Shown piece by piece: positions 8,343 through 16,764 of a stretch of 25,550 bases of DNA (positions within the stretch are counted from its first letter, which is position 1; each line of letters opens with the position of its first letter). Source of the DNA: Verrucomicrobiales bacterium (lineage in GTDB: Bacteria; Verrucomicrobiota; Verrucomicrobiia; Verrucomicrobiales; SLCJ01); the NCBI GenBank assembly GCA_046075565.1, contig JBJTQJ010000019.1, positions 1 through 25,550 on the forward strand, written 5' to 3'. The notes beneath the pieces were generated by a model. That model made no database searches and had not been told where the DNA came from. It saw only the letters and a list, made by a program, of their open reading frames with translations. A program made the position numbers and the translations under genes.

Positions 8343-9326
8343 ATGCCCATGAGCGACCACGATATTCCCAATGGCTCCCGAGAAATCATGGAATCCCTGC
8401 GGCCGATTCTGGAGAGCACGTGCAGGTTGGCCGATCACACCCTGACCGACCATGGCCATGCTATCCCGCACGAAGAGCGCGACATGCCCACGCCCTACAT
8501 CCTCGCTGCTCAGCAGATGCTGCGGGCGCTGGGCGGCACGACCATCGTCGATCTTGGATGTATGCGCAGCCCGATCAAACATGCCCCGTTTGTAGTCGAT
8601 CGCGCGTGCTGTGCCGATGGACACTCAACCCTCCTCTGGGCGCACGCCGGGTTTGTCGTGTATTCGTGCGACATCAATCCGGAGGCCGTGGCCTTGGCCA
8701 GCCAAGCCACCGCCGCCTATGCGAACTGCAGCGTGACCTGTGCCGATGGGATTGAATTCATTAAAAATTTCGGGGGCACCATCGATTTGTTGTATCTCGA
8801 TGCCTGGGATGTTGTCGAAAATACCCCGTTTGCGGAGCGGCACTTGGAAGCCTATCTGGCGGCGCGTCCGAAACTGGCCGCCAATCATCTGGTAGTGGTG
8901 GATGACACCGATGTCGTCGACGGCGGAAAAGGTCGTTTGCTGATGCCTGAACTCGTGGCCCAAGGATATCAAATTGTGGTCATGGGTCGGCAGACCATCG
9001 CTTTGTTTCTCGCGGGGTATGCGCCGATGATCGCGGCTTGCGGCTGCAACCGGATAACCCAATTGTCTGCCAAAATCGCCCGATACAACGATTTGCGGGA
9101 AATCCTCAAGTCGTCCGCGAGTTTTCAGCTTCCGGGTTTCACGACAAGAGCCGAACTGGAGGAGAAACTCAAGCTGCGCAAAGAATCCAACCAGCGGTTG
9201 CGCGATAAGGCAGCCAGGCTGGAGGAACGCGTCGCGAAGCTTCATGCGCAGCTTGATTCGGCCATCGCCTGGCAATCCCGTTCACCCATCGTCCGCGCCC
9301 TCCGCAAATGGCGACGCCCGGGTTAG
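8343..9326 (+). CDS. Class I SAM-dependent methyltransferase (Methyltransf_24-like) with C-terminal coiled coil
   Basis: IVDLGCMR (motif I), DGHST, YSCDINPEA, IDLLYLDAWD, VVVDDT..GGKG. Heptad-rich tail from ~9141. Start is ATG 8343 or 8349. Confidence 0.78.
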   Translation: MPMSDHDIPNGSREIMESLRPILESTCRLADHTLTDHGHAIPHEERDMPTPYILAAQQMLRALGGTTIVDLGCMRSPIKHAPFVVDRACCADGHSTLLWAHAGFVVYSCDINPEAVALASQATAAYANCSVTCADGIEFIKNFGGTIDLLYLDAWDVVENTPFAERHLEAYLAARPKLAANHLVVVDDTDVVDGGKGRLLMPELVAQGYQIVVMGRQTIALFLAGYAPMIAACGCNRITQLSAKIARYNDLREILKSSASFQLPGFTTRAELEEKLKLRKESNQRLRDKAARLEERVAKLHAQLDSAIAWQSRSPIVRALRKWRRPG

Positions 9327-9418
9327 TGTGGCCCGCCCCGCCGGGATGAACGGCCTTAATGCCAGTAATAACGATGCGCCCGGAATGAAAGGACTTTCAC
9401 CGGCAGCAAGGGTTTGTT

Positions 9419-10225
9419 TCAAACACCGGGCTTGCGGAAAACCAGCAGGTGTTGCCAAGGCAGGTCGGGTTTGTCGGCCTCGAACTCGAAACCTATGGCC
9501 TTGAATTCCTTGAGCGATTGTTCCTTGCTCATCTTGTGCAGCAACTTGATGGGCACGGCCGGATCCTCCGCGCGGAATTCGAGCAAATAAACGCGGCCTC
9601 CCGGCTTGAGGGCATTCTTGATCGACTGCAGCATCTCAACCGGGTGGGAGAATTCATGGTAGGCGTCGACCATGAGCACGGCATCGAGGGTGTTCGCTTC
9701 CATTTTGAGATCATCCACCGCACCAAGATGTGGTTGCACATTCGTGATCTTCCTGCGGAGGGATTCCTCTTTCAGGTAGTCGAGCATTTCCTGTTGGATG
9801 TCCACCGCCACGACACGGCCACGCGGAAGGACTTCGGCCAACCGGAACGAATAATATCCGGAGCCAGCGCCAATGTCCGCGATGACCGTATCGGGTGCGA
9901 GTTCGAGAAGGGAGATGGCCTTTGCTGGGGCTTCCTCCTTTTCCCGTTCGGTCCGTTCCAGCCATCCGATGCCGGGATGACCCATGACCCGGGCAATTTC
10001 GCGGCCCATGAAAATTTTTCCAATGCCATCGGCTGATGGCGTGGCAAAGGTGTAGGGCTCGGGAGGTGGAAGGTCTGCTTGCCGAACCGGCGGTGTTGGT
10101 TGAACTGCCGGAGTTGGCGCTGGAGGACTCGGAGTTTCCTCCAGAGCGTCGCGATGCTGAAGCTTGGGTGCGAGGAATAGCGCGAGCAGGATGATGGGAA
10201 TGAGAAGAAGGTATCGGTAATTCAT
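9419..10225 (-). CDS. Class I SAM-dependent methyltransferase with N-terminal TM/signal segment and Pro-rich linker
   Basis: VIADIGAGSGYYS, VAVDIQ, VLMVDAYHEF, LKPGG, and N-terminal DGIGKIFMGREIARVMGH. Start taken at MNYRYLLL. Confidence 0.85.
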   Translation of the reverse strand: MNYRYLLLIPIILLALFLAPKLQHRDALEETPSPPAPTPAVQPTPPVRQADLPPPEPYTFATPSADGIGKIFMGREIARVMGHPGIGWLERTEREKEEAPAKAISLLELAPDTVIADIGAGSGYYSFRLAEVLPRGRVVAVDIQQEMLDYLKEESLRRKITNVQPHLGAVDDLKMEANTLDAVLMVDAYHEFSHPVEMLQSIKNALKPGGRVYLLEFRAEDPAVPIKLLHKMSKEQSLKEFKAIGFEFEADKPDLPWQHLLVFRKPGV

Positions 10226-10422
10226 GTGCGGATGCTTTTGCCACGCATTCAAGCACGATTGGGCGCCGATGGAAAGAAAGAAGAATCCACCGGTTTGGGC
10301 GGGGGTGCAGGACAAACAAGACAGCGAGCCTTTTCCATCTGCGTGCCTTTGTTTGGCTGGCGTTTGCGCATAGGCACAGGGAACAGTCCATGCCCCAAAG
10401 AGCCTTTGCTATTCGTATGGCC

Positions 10423-10513
10423 GTAGCGGCACCGCTTCCGGTGCCAGGCGAAGGACGGTCCATTTCCTCCGAGCTGCGATGTCCCCACCCCGGAACGCGA
10501 AGGCGTTCCCTAC
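10423..10513. repeat. Inverted pair of GTAG-type REP-like palindromes
   Basis: + strand 10423-10445 GTAG-C-GGCACCG-CTTC-CGGTGCC. - strand 10513-10492 GTAG-GGAACGC-CTTC-GCGTTCC. Confidence 0.65.
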
Positions 10514-10619
10514 ATGTCCCCGAGTCCGTCAGGGCTACCGAGAGAAATACTTAACTTAACGCGCTTTCCCAAAGCGGCACGCGGCTCGGAGCCACGACAC
10601 TCGTTCCTTTCTCGACAAG

Positions 10620-10686
10620 AAAGGGAGTCCGGGCGTCCCGCCCGTAACTTGTCCTTTTCGCGTGCAGGATGCCCGTGCTCCCTTTT
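10620..10686. repeat. Inverted pair of GGAG-type REP-like palindromes
   Basis: + strand GGGAGTCCGGGCGTCCCGCCCG. - strand GGGAGCACGGGCATCCTGCACG. The two match 17/22. Confidence 0.6.
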
Positions 10687-10739
10687 CGGCGAATGACCCC
10701 GCAACCCATCCGGCATAACCCATCGCTCGCGCGAGTTAC

Positions 10740-10769
10740 GGACACGACCCTGCGGGATCGTGTCCCTCC
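10740..10769 (-). repeat. GGAG-type REP-like palindrome
   Basis: - strand GGAG-GGACACGA-TCCCGCAGGG-TCGTGTCC, a perfect 8-bp stem ~50 nt downstream of the cysK stop. Confidence 0.6.
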
Positions 10770-10819
10770 GTGGATGGGAAGGTGGAGATCCGGTGGTGTT
10801 GCTGTAGAAACCGGGAATC

Positions 10820-11806
10820 TCAGACTTCCGCGACCGGGAGCTGGCTCACGATTTCGCGGGCCTTCTCGGCGAGCGGAGTGGAGAGGTAACGCTCGGTGCC
10901 GGAGGCTCCAATCACCACGATCTTCTTGCCGGCGAACTCGGGACGTTTGGCGAGTTGCAGGGCGGCCCAGATGGTGGCTCCGGTTGAGATGCCGGCCGGT
11001 ATGCCCTCGAGCACGGTAGCTTCCTGGGCGGTGGCGAAAGCATCTTCGTTGCTCACTTGGATCACTTCGTCCAGCACATCGAGTTTCAGATTGCCCGGCA
11101 CAAAACCAGCACCGATGCCCTGGATCTTGTGCGGACCGGGTTTTACTTCCTCGCCATTCCGGGTCTGGGTGATGACCGGGCTGTCCTTGGGTTCGACCGC
11201 GACGATGTGCACCTTCTTGCGGGATTTGAGCACTTCGCCGACTCCGGTGATCGTGCCGCCAGTGCCGACACCGGCGACAAAGACATCCACGTCGCCACCG
11301 GTGGCTTCCCAGATTTCCTCCGCGGTGGTTTTGCGATGGACTTCCGGGTTCGCCGGATTATCGAATTGGCGCGGTTGGAAGGCATTTTCCCCGAGTTCCT
11401 GCGCGAGTTGGGCGGCTTTGGCGATGGCACCCTTCATGCCCTTCGGTCCGGGCGTAAGCACGATTTCCGCTCCCAAGAGGTGGAGGAGAACACGGCGTTC
11501 CTGCGACATCGTTTCGGGCATGGTAAGGATGCAGCGGTATCCTTTGGCACGGGCAACGAAGGCCAGCGCGATACCGGTGTTGCCGGAGGTCGGCTCGACG
11601 ATAATCGAACCCGGCTTGAGTTTGCCGGACTTCTCGGCGTCTTCAATCATGGCGCGACCGATGCGGTCCTTCACCGAACCGAGCGGGTTGCGTGATTCGA
11701 CCTTGAGGTAGATTTCACCCGCCAGCCCATCGGCGAGGCGGTTGATTTTTACGAGCGGCGTATCGCCGACGGTTTCGACGAGATTGGTGTGTAGTTTCTG
11801 GGCCAT
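10820..11806 (-). CDS. cysK: Cysteine synthase A (O-acetylserine sulfhydrylase)
   Basis: [11 protein letters not shown] (PLP lysine), [39 protein letters not shown]. Confidence 0.96.
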   Translation of the reverse strand: MAQKLHTNLVETVGDTPLVKINRLADGLAGEIYLKVESRNPLGSVKDRIGRAMIEDAEKSGKLKPGSIIVEPTSGNTGIALAFVARAKGYRCILTMPETMSQERRVLLHLLGAEIVLTPGPKGMKGAIAKAAQLAQELGENAFQPRQFDNPANPEVHRKTTAEEIWEATGGDVDVFVAGVGTGGTITGVGEVLKSRKKVHIVAVEPKDSPVITQTRNGEEVKPGPHKIQGIGAGFVPGNLKLDVLDEVIQVSNEDAFATAQEATVLEGIPAGISTGATIWAALQLAKRPEFAGKKIVVIGASGTERYLSTPLAEKAREIVSQLPVAEV

Positions 11807-11851
11807 GGTGGTGGTTGTTTTGGTAGGTGCTGGTTTGTTAGGGTGTGAGGA

Positions 11852-12565
11852 TCAAATCTGGAAGTCGGCGTCGCCGGAAACGAGGTGGAGGCCGCACTCG
11901 CGCTGGAGCCCGCCGTGCCGGGTATCCTCGGGGAGCATTCCCTCCTCGAGTTTGCGGGTGGAATGCCAATCGCCGATGGAAACAAAACCGCGGGAAACCA
12001 GCGGATGGGGCGGGAGCCCGTGTTCGTTCATGTAAGCATCGACACGCTCATCGCTCCAATCGAGGATGGGATAAATTTTCGCGGTCCGGTTCTGGGTCTC
12101 GATGTGCGGGCGTTTGCCGCGTTCACCACTCTGGCTGCGGCGGATCCCGCTGATCCATGCCTCGGCGCCGTGTTCCTTGAGCGCGCGGTCCAGCGGTTCA
12201 ACCTTGCGGAGTTTGCCATATTCGGCCAGGCCATCTTCGCCATCTTGCCAGAGACGACCGCGGGTTGCTTCCATGCGCGCCGGGGTGACGGGAGAAGAGT
12301 AGAATTTGACCTGGATGCCGAGAAGCGATTGCACTTCCTCCGCATACTGATAGGTCTCGGAAAACAGATAGCCGGTATCGACGCAGATGATTGGAATCTC
12401 CGGCGCGTGCTTCGCCAGTTGATGCAAAAGCACGGCCGACTGGGCCCCGAAGCTGGTGGTGGCCACGACCCTGCCCCCGAATTCGCGCCGGATCAGACCG
12501 AAACGAGCGGCCGTATCGAGGCTGGCGAATTCGCCGGAGAGAGTGGGGGCATCAAGCACGGCCAT
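11852..12565 (-). CDS. cysH: Phosphoadenylyl-sulfate (PAPS) reductase
   Basis: TTSFGAQSAVLLH, DTGYLF, RKVEPL, GIRRSQS, SIGDWHST, ECGLH. Start ATG 12565 lies 2 nt after the cysI stop. Confidence 0.93.
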   Translation of the reverse strand: MAVLDAPTLSGEFASLDTAARFGLIRREFGGRVVATTSFGAQSAVLLHQLAKHAPEIPIICVDTGYLFSETYQYAEEVQSLLGIQVKFYSSPVTPARMEATRGRLWQDGEDGLAEYGKLRKVEPLDRALKEHGAEAWISGIRRSQSGERGKRPHIETQNRTAKIYPILDWSDERVDAYMNEHGLPPHPLVSRGFVSIGDWHSTRKLEEGMLPEDTRHGGLQRECGLHLVSGDADFQI

Positions 12566-12567
12566 GA

Positions 12568-14364
12568 TCACGAAGGGAGCACGATGTTTTTGTGGAAGTC
12601 GGGTCCTTGCACGGTGGCGGCGATGACACCTTCGCGGATGACGAAGTCGCCGAAGCGTTCGCCGGGCTGGCGACGCGCGGCGTAGGATTGGAAGAGCGGA
12701 CGCAAGGTCGGCGCGACATCTTTGGCGGGCAAATTGTCGCGGAAAAGTTTCGATAGGCGTTGGCCATGGAAACCGCCTCCGAGATAGAGGTTGTAACGCG
12801 CGGGACCGCGACCGACGAGTCCGATCTCGGCGATGAACGGGCGGGCACATCCATTCGGGCATCCGGTCATGCGGATGGTGATGGCATCGTCACGCAGGCC
12901 GACTTTTTCCAGTTCGGTTTCCAGTTCGGTGACAAGGTCGGGAAGATAACGCTCCGATTCGGCGAGGGCGAGTCCGCAAGTGGGCAAGGCAACGCAAGCC
13001 ATGGAATTCAGGCGCATTGCTCCGCGCTGGTGGGCGGTGTCGAGCCCGTAGTGGGCCAGCAAGGCCTCGATGGCGGGTTTCTTCTCCGGTGTGATGTCCG
13101 CGATGATGACATTCTGGTTGGCGGTGAGACGGAAGTCACCGGTGTGCACGCGGGCAATTTCACGCAGGGCCGTGCGCAGGGCGGGACCGTTTTCGAAATC
13201 CTTCACCCGGCCATTTTGCACGAAAAGCGTGTAGTGCCAGTGGCCCCGATGGTCTTCGACCCAGCCATAACGATCCCCGTTATCGTCGAATACGAATGGA
13301 CGCGCATCTTCGAGCGCGTGACCGAGGCGTTTCTCGACTTCCGAGCGGAACCAGGCCAGGCCGCGGTTCTGGACGGTATATTTCAGACGGGCTTGGGCGC
13401 GGTTGCCGCGGTCGCCGAAATCGCGTTGCACGAGCACGACCTTCTCGGCTACGGCCACGGCTTCTTCCGGACTAACGAAGGCCATGACATCGGCCAGGCG
13501 GGGGAAAGTGGTTTCATTGCCATGGGTCATGCCCATGCCGCCGCCAACGGTGACATTGTAACCGACAATGCGATCATCCTCGATGATGGCGATGAAGCCG
13601 AGATCGTGGGCGTAGATGTCCACGTCATTGCTGGGAGGCACGGCCACCACAGTTTTGAATTTCCGGGGGAGATAGGTTCGGCCGTAAATCGGTTCGACTT
13701 CGTCTTCGACCGTGGGATCGATGTCCTTGATCTCGCCGGTGACTTTGATCGGTTCTCCGCCATCGGTGTCGGTGAGCCAGATTTCATGGTAGGCGGGCGT
13801 GCGCGGCGTGAGGTGGTCGGAGATGGCTTGGGCGAGACCAAGGGCGTCGGCATGAACGCGACTCTGCCACGGATTCGGATTGCACATCACGTTCCGGTTC
13901 ACGTCGCCGCAGGCCGCGATGGTGTCGAGCAGCGCGAGATTGATCTCCTGGATGGTGCGTTTGAGGTTCGACTTGATGACCCCATGGAATTGAAAGGCCT
14001 GGCGGGTGGTCAGTTTGATGGTCCCGTTTGCGTATTCTCCCGCGAGGCGATCCATTTCCAGCCACTGGGCCGGCGAAGAGACCCCTCCGGGGACCCGCAC
14101 GCGGATCATGAAAGAATAGGCCGGTTCGAGCAGATGTTTGCGCCGGTCCTTGCGCAAATCCCGGTCGTCCTGCTGGTAGGTGCCGTGGAACTTGAGCAAT
14201 TGGCCGTCATCGGCGGAAACCGCACCCGTGGCGGGACTGGCTAGGCTCTCGAGAATCGTTCCGCGCAGATAGCGGCTCGCCACCTTCATCCGCTCGTTGG
14301 CGGCAAGTGTGTCCAAAGGGGCCCCGCGGGTGCGGATTTCAGAGGTGGGAGGTTGGTCAGCCAT
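12568..14364 (-). CDS. cysI: Assimilatory sulfite reductase hemoprotein subunit
   Basis: LKFHGTYQQDDRD, TTRQAFQFHG, ACGDVNRNV, YLPRKFK, siroheme/4Fe-4S ligands CVALPTC and GCPNGCAR. Confidence 0.95.
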   Translation of the reverse strand: MADQPPTSEIRTRGAPLDTLAANERMKVASRYLRGTILESLASPATGAVSADDGQLLKFHGTYQQDDRDLRKDRRKHLLEPAYSFMIRVRVPGGVSSPAQWLEMDRLAGEYANGTIKLTTRQAFQFHGVIKSNLKRTIQEINLALLDTIAACGDVNRNVMCNPNPWQSRVHADALGLAQAISDHLTPRTPAYHEIWLTDTDGGEPIKVTGEIKDIDPTVEDEVEPIYGRTYLPRKFKTVVAVPPSNDVDIYAHDLGFIAIIEDDRIVGYNVTVGGGMGMTHGNETTFPRLADVMAFVSPEEAVAVAEKVVLVQRDFGDRGNRAQARLKYTVQNRGLAWFRSEVEKRLGHALEDARPFVFDDNGDRYGWVEDHRGHWHYTLFVQNGRVKDFENGPALRTALREIARVHTGDFRLTANQNVIIADITPEKKPAIEALLAHYGLDTAHQRGAMRLNSMACVALPTCGLALAESERYLPDLVTELETELEKVGLRDDAITIRMTGCPNGCARPFIAEIGLVGRGPARYNLYLGGGFHGQRLSKLFRDNLPAKDVAPTLRPLFQSYAARRQPGERFGDFVIREGVIAATVQGPDFHKNIVLPS

Positions 14365-14373
14365 AAAATATGT

Positions 14374-14415
14374 TAATCCTACTACGGATACTAAGCTATT
14401 CCGGTTTCAGGGCAA
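14374..14415 (-). promoter_or_regulatory. Putative sigma70 promoter of cysIHK with overlapping imperfect palindrome
   Basis: On - strand TTGCCC(14415-14410)-N16-TAGTAT(14393-14388), then AGGA upstream of the ATG. An 8-bp stem TTCCGGTT/AACCGGAA spans 14399-14421. Confidence 0.35.
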
Positions 14416-14583
14416 CCGGAAAATGCTCGAAGAGGGCGGGATGGGTGGAAATTCGGACGCCGGATGGGCAGAAATAGGCAGCTTGGCGGTGCGCTAGACT
14501 GGATCGCGGCGCCTACTTTCCAAGTCTGCGTACCAAAGTTTTTGACCAAACCCCCATTCGGGACAAAACAGAAAAGCGGATTT

Positions 14584-14659
<76 letters not shown>

Positions 14660-14674
14660 GTTGGGGGAGATGTC

Positions 14675-14702
14675 AAATTAGGCACGTGAGGTCGGCGGGC
14701 AA
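14675..14702 (-). promoter_or_regulatory. Putative sigma70 promoter of tRNA-Lys
   Basis: TTGCCC-N16-TAATTT on - strand, ending 15 nt before tRNA position 1. Confidence 0.45.
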
Positions 14703-14741
14703 GTGGTTTTTTTCGGAAAACCCGGAGGCCCACAAACCCCT

Positions 14742-15806
14742 TTACGCCGGGGTCACGCGGCGACCGTTTTCTCGGGCGCTGGTGTAGATGGCTTCGATAA
14801 CCGAAACAGCGCGGCGGGCTTCGGTGCCCGAGGTCGAGGGCATACGTCCCGCATGGATGGCTTCGATGACATCGGAGAAATTCCGGATGTGGCCGGTGTA
14901 ATTGATGGCTTTGGGATCGTTCGCTCCGAGGCCGCGGGTATCGGCTTTCACCATGAGATCGGCTTTGACCCGTGCGTCGGCGGGAGCTTCTTCTGCGAAA
15001 TCCCAGACTCGGAAGGACTCGTCGGCGAGAAACACCGAACCTTTGGTGCCGCAGACGTGGACTTCCGCCGGGTGACCGGTCGATGACCAACAAGCGGTGG
15101 AGCCGTGGATGATGCCGAGGGAACCGTTCTTGAATTGAAGGATGGCGGTGGCGGTGTCTTCGACTTCGATGCGTTCGTGGGCGAGGCAGGCGATATTGGC
15201 TTGCACCCATTCGACATCGCCGACCAGATAAAGCAGTTGGTCGATGGTGTGGATCGATTGGTTCATCAACGCACCGCCGCCATCGAGAGCCCAGGTCCCG
15301 CGCCAGGCACCGGAATCATAGTAGGCTTGGTCGCGCCACCATTTCACGCTCGCTTCGACCATGGTGATGCGACCGAAACGTCCTTCGGTGGATGCTTGTT
15401 TGAAGGCCTCCATGGCGGGATGGAACCTGCGGTTGAAGATGCCCGAAACCGTGACGCCATTTTCGCGGGCGGCATCGAGGAGTTGGTCGATGCGGGCGGT
15501 GGTGATTTCGAGTGGTTTTTCCCCGATCACATGTTTGCCCGCGCGCAGGGCGGCGAGAGCGGGATCCAGATGCGCGCCGCTGGGCGTGCAGACGGTAACA
15601 ATCTGCAATTCCGGGTCTGCGAGGAACTCCTCCATGGTGGCAACGGCCTTGGCGCCGAAGTCATTGGCCAAAGCTTGGGCTCGCTCCGCAACGGTATCGA
15701 AAACGGAGTGCAGGGTCGCCTGCGGCATGTCGCGAAGGGCCTGGGCGTGAAAACGGGCAATCATGCCCGCACCAATGATGCCGAAACGGGTGGGTGCGTT
15801 TGTCAT
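14742..15806 (-). CDS. Gfo/Idh/MocA family NAD(P)-dependent oxidoreductase
   Basis: FGIIGAGMIA, CTPSGAH, GKHVIGEKPL, WRGTWALDGGGALMNQSIHTID. 4-nt overlap with the upstream MBL gene. Confidence 0.93.
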   Translation of the reverse strand: MTNAPTRFGIIGAGMIARFHAQALRDMPQATLHSVFDTVAERAQALANDFGAKAVATMEEFLADPELQIVTVCTPSGAHLDPALAALRAGKHVIGEKPLEITTARIDQLLDAARENGVTVSGIFNRRFHPAMEAFKQASTEGRFGRITMVEASVKWWRDQAYYDSGAWRGTWALDGGGALMNQSIHTIDQLLYLVGDVEWVQANIACLAHERIEVEDTATAILQFKNGSLGIIHGSTACWSSTGHPAEVHVCGTKGSVFLADESFRVWDFAEEAPADARVKADLMVKADTRGLGANDPKAINYTGHIRNFSDVIEAIHAGRMPSTSGTEARRAVSVIEAIYTSARENGRRVTPA

Positions 15807-16648
15807 AAGCCTGTGACTAAAAACGGATTGCTCGCCGCTTCAAGGGCAATTGTCGTGGCCGGGCCGTGGCCGGGGCAAAGAATGGTCTCGGGAGGAAGGG
15901 TGAAAACGTCTTCCCGCAGGCTCCGGAGGGCCTCGGAGTAAGAATGACGAGGGCCACCGATGGAACCCGCGAAGAGCGCATCGCCCACGAAAGCAATGGT
16001 GATGGGGCCTAGCCGGGCGTGGTAGGTCGTGCCACCATCGGTATGGCCGGGCGTAGGCAAACACGAGATCTCGCCGAGGGCGGAAGAAATTTTTCCTGAG
16101 TCCGGCAGAGCCACAGTGCCGGGAACAAAATCAAGGGGAGGGGAATAGACTTGCAATTCGGGGAGAGCGGAACGCAATTCCGGCAGGGCGGCGATGTGGT
16201 CGGGGTGATCGTGGGTGAGGAGGAGCAGACGGACTTTCCACTGGCGGGCGGTAACATGTCCGAGCAGCGGCCGGGCATCAGCTCCGGTATCGACGATGAT
16301 GGCATCGCCGGTCGATGGGTTGGCGAGGATCCATGCGTTCACCTCAAGCTGGCGCTGGCGGGTGGCGATGCACACGAGGCCATCAGGTAACGCAACCTGC
16401 GGACGATAGCGGCCCCGCGCGATGGCTAGCAGTGCCTCTGGCGCGAGTTGCAGGGCAGTGGCCATGGCGCGCCATTGGTCGTCCGTGATATCGGCGAGAG
16501 CAGGAAAGGCATTTTTCCCCATGGCAGCCATCACGGTTCGTTGCGGGACACCTGAGCGTTCGGCCACGATGGCGGGAGCGAGGCCGAGTCCGAATGCGGC
16601 CTTGGCCAAGATGTCGCGGGCGTCGTCTTCGAGTTGACCGGGGAACAT
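15803..16648 (-). CDS. MBL-fold metallo-hydrolase (glyoxalase II-like) with N-terminal helical extension
   Basis: THDHPDH (HxHxDH), PGHT, GDALFAGSIG, PGHG. About 85-aa N-terminal extension starting LEDDARDILAKA. Confidence 0.88.
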   Translation of the reverse strand: MFPGQLEDDARDILAKAAFGLGLAPAIVAERSGVPQRTVMAAMGKNAFPALADITDDQWRAMATALQLAPEALLAIARGRYRPQVALPDGLVCIATRQRQLEVNAWILANPSTGDAIIVDTGADARPLLGHVTARQWKVRLLLLTHDHPDHIAALPELRSALPELQVYSPPLDFVPGTVALPDSGKISSALGEISCLPTPGHTDGGTTYHARLGPITIAFVGDALFAGSIGGPRHSYSEALRSLREDVFTLPPETILCPGHGPATTIALEAASNPFLVTGL

Positions 16649-16764
16649 GAGCAGTCAATCTGCCATTAGCCCGGCGGTTTGGCGAGCGCGGGAATAGAAT
16701 TTTCACGAATATCGCAGCGACACGTTGACTTCTGCCCGGGAATTTGGGAAACTGCGTCCCTCGC

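Noticed and set aside
9357..10567. IS4-like terminal fragments (TAATGCCAGT at 9357; CTTAACTTAAC at 10550) around the methyltransferase
   Set aside because: The two ends do not match each other, and there is no transposase or target duplication.
10226..10819. CRISPR array or riboswitch in the long spacer
   Set aside because: There are no identical regularly spaced repeats or cas genes, and no riboswitch consensus was recognised. An Rfam scan would be needed to exclude one fully.
12566..12862. Long N-terminal extension of the cysH ORF overlapping cysI
   Set aside because: Arg-rich off-frame translation of cysI. The real start is ATG 12565.
12760..14244. 494-aa antisense ORF over cysI, and similar ones over GH106, cysK, parB and the oxidoreductase
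   Set aside because: Shadow ORFs expected from high-GC codon bias opposite well-supported genes, with no motifs.
16725..16753. TTGACT-N17-GAAACT as the parB promoter
   Set aside because: Good -35 but weak -10, so it cannot be supported without TSS data.
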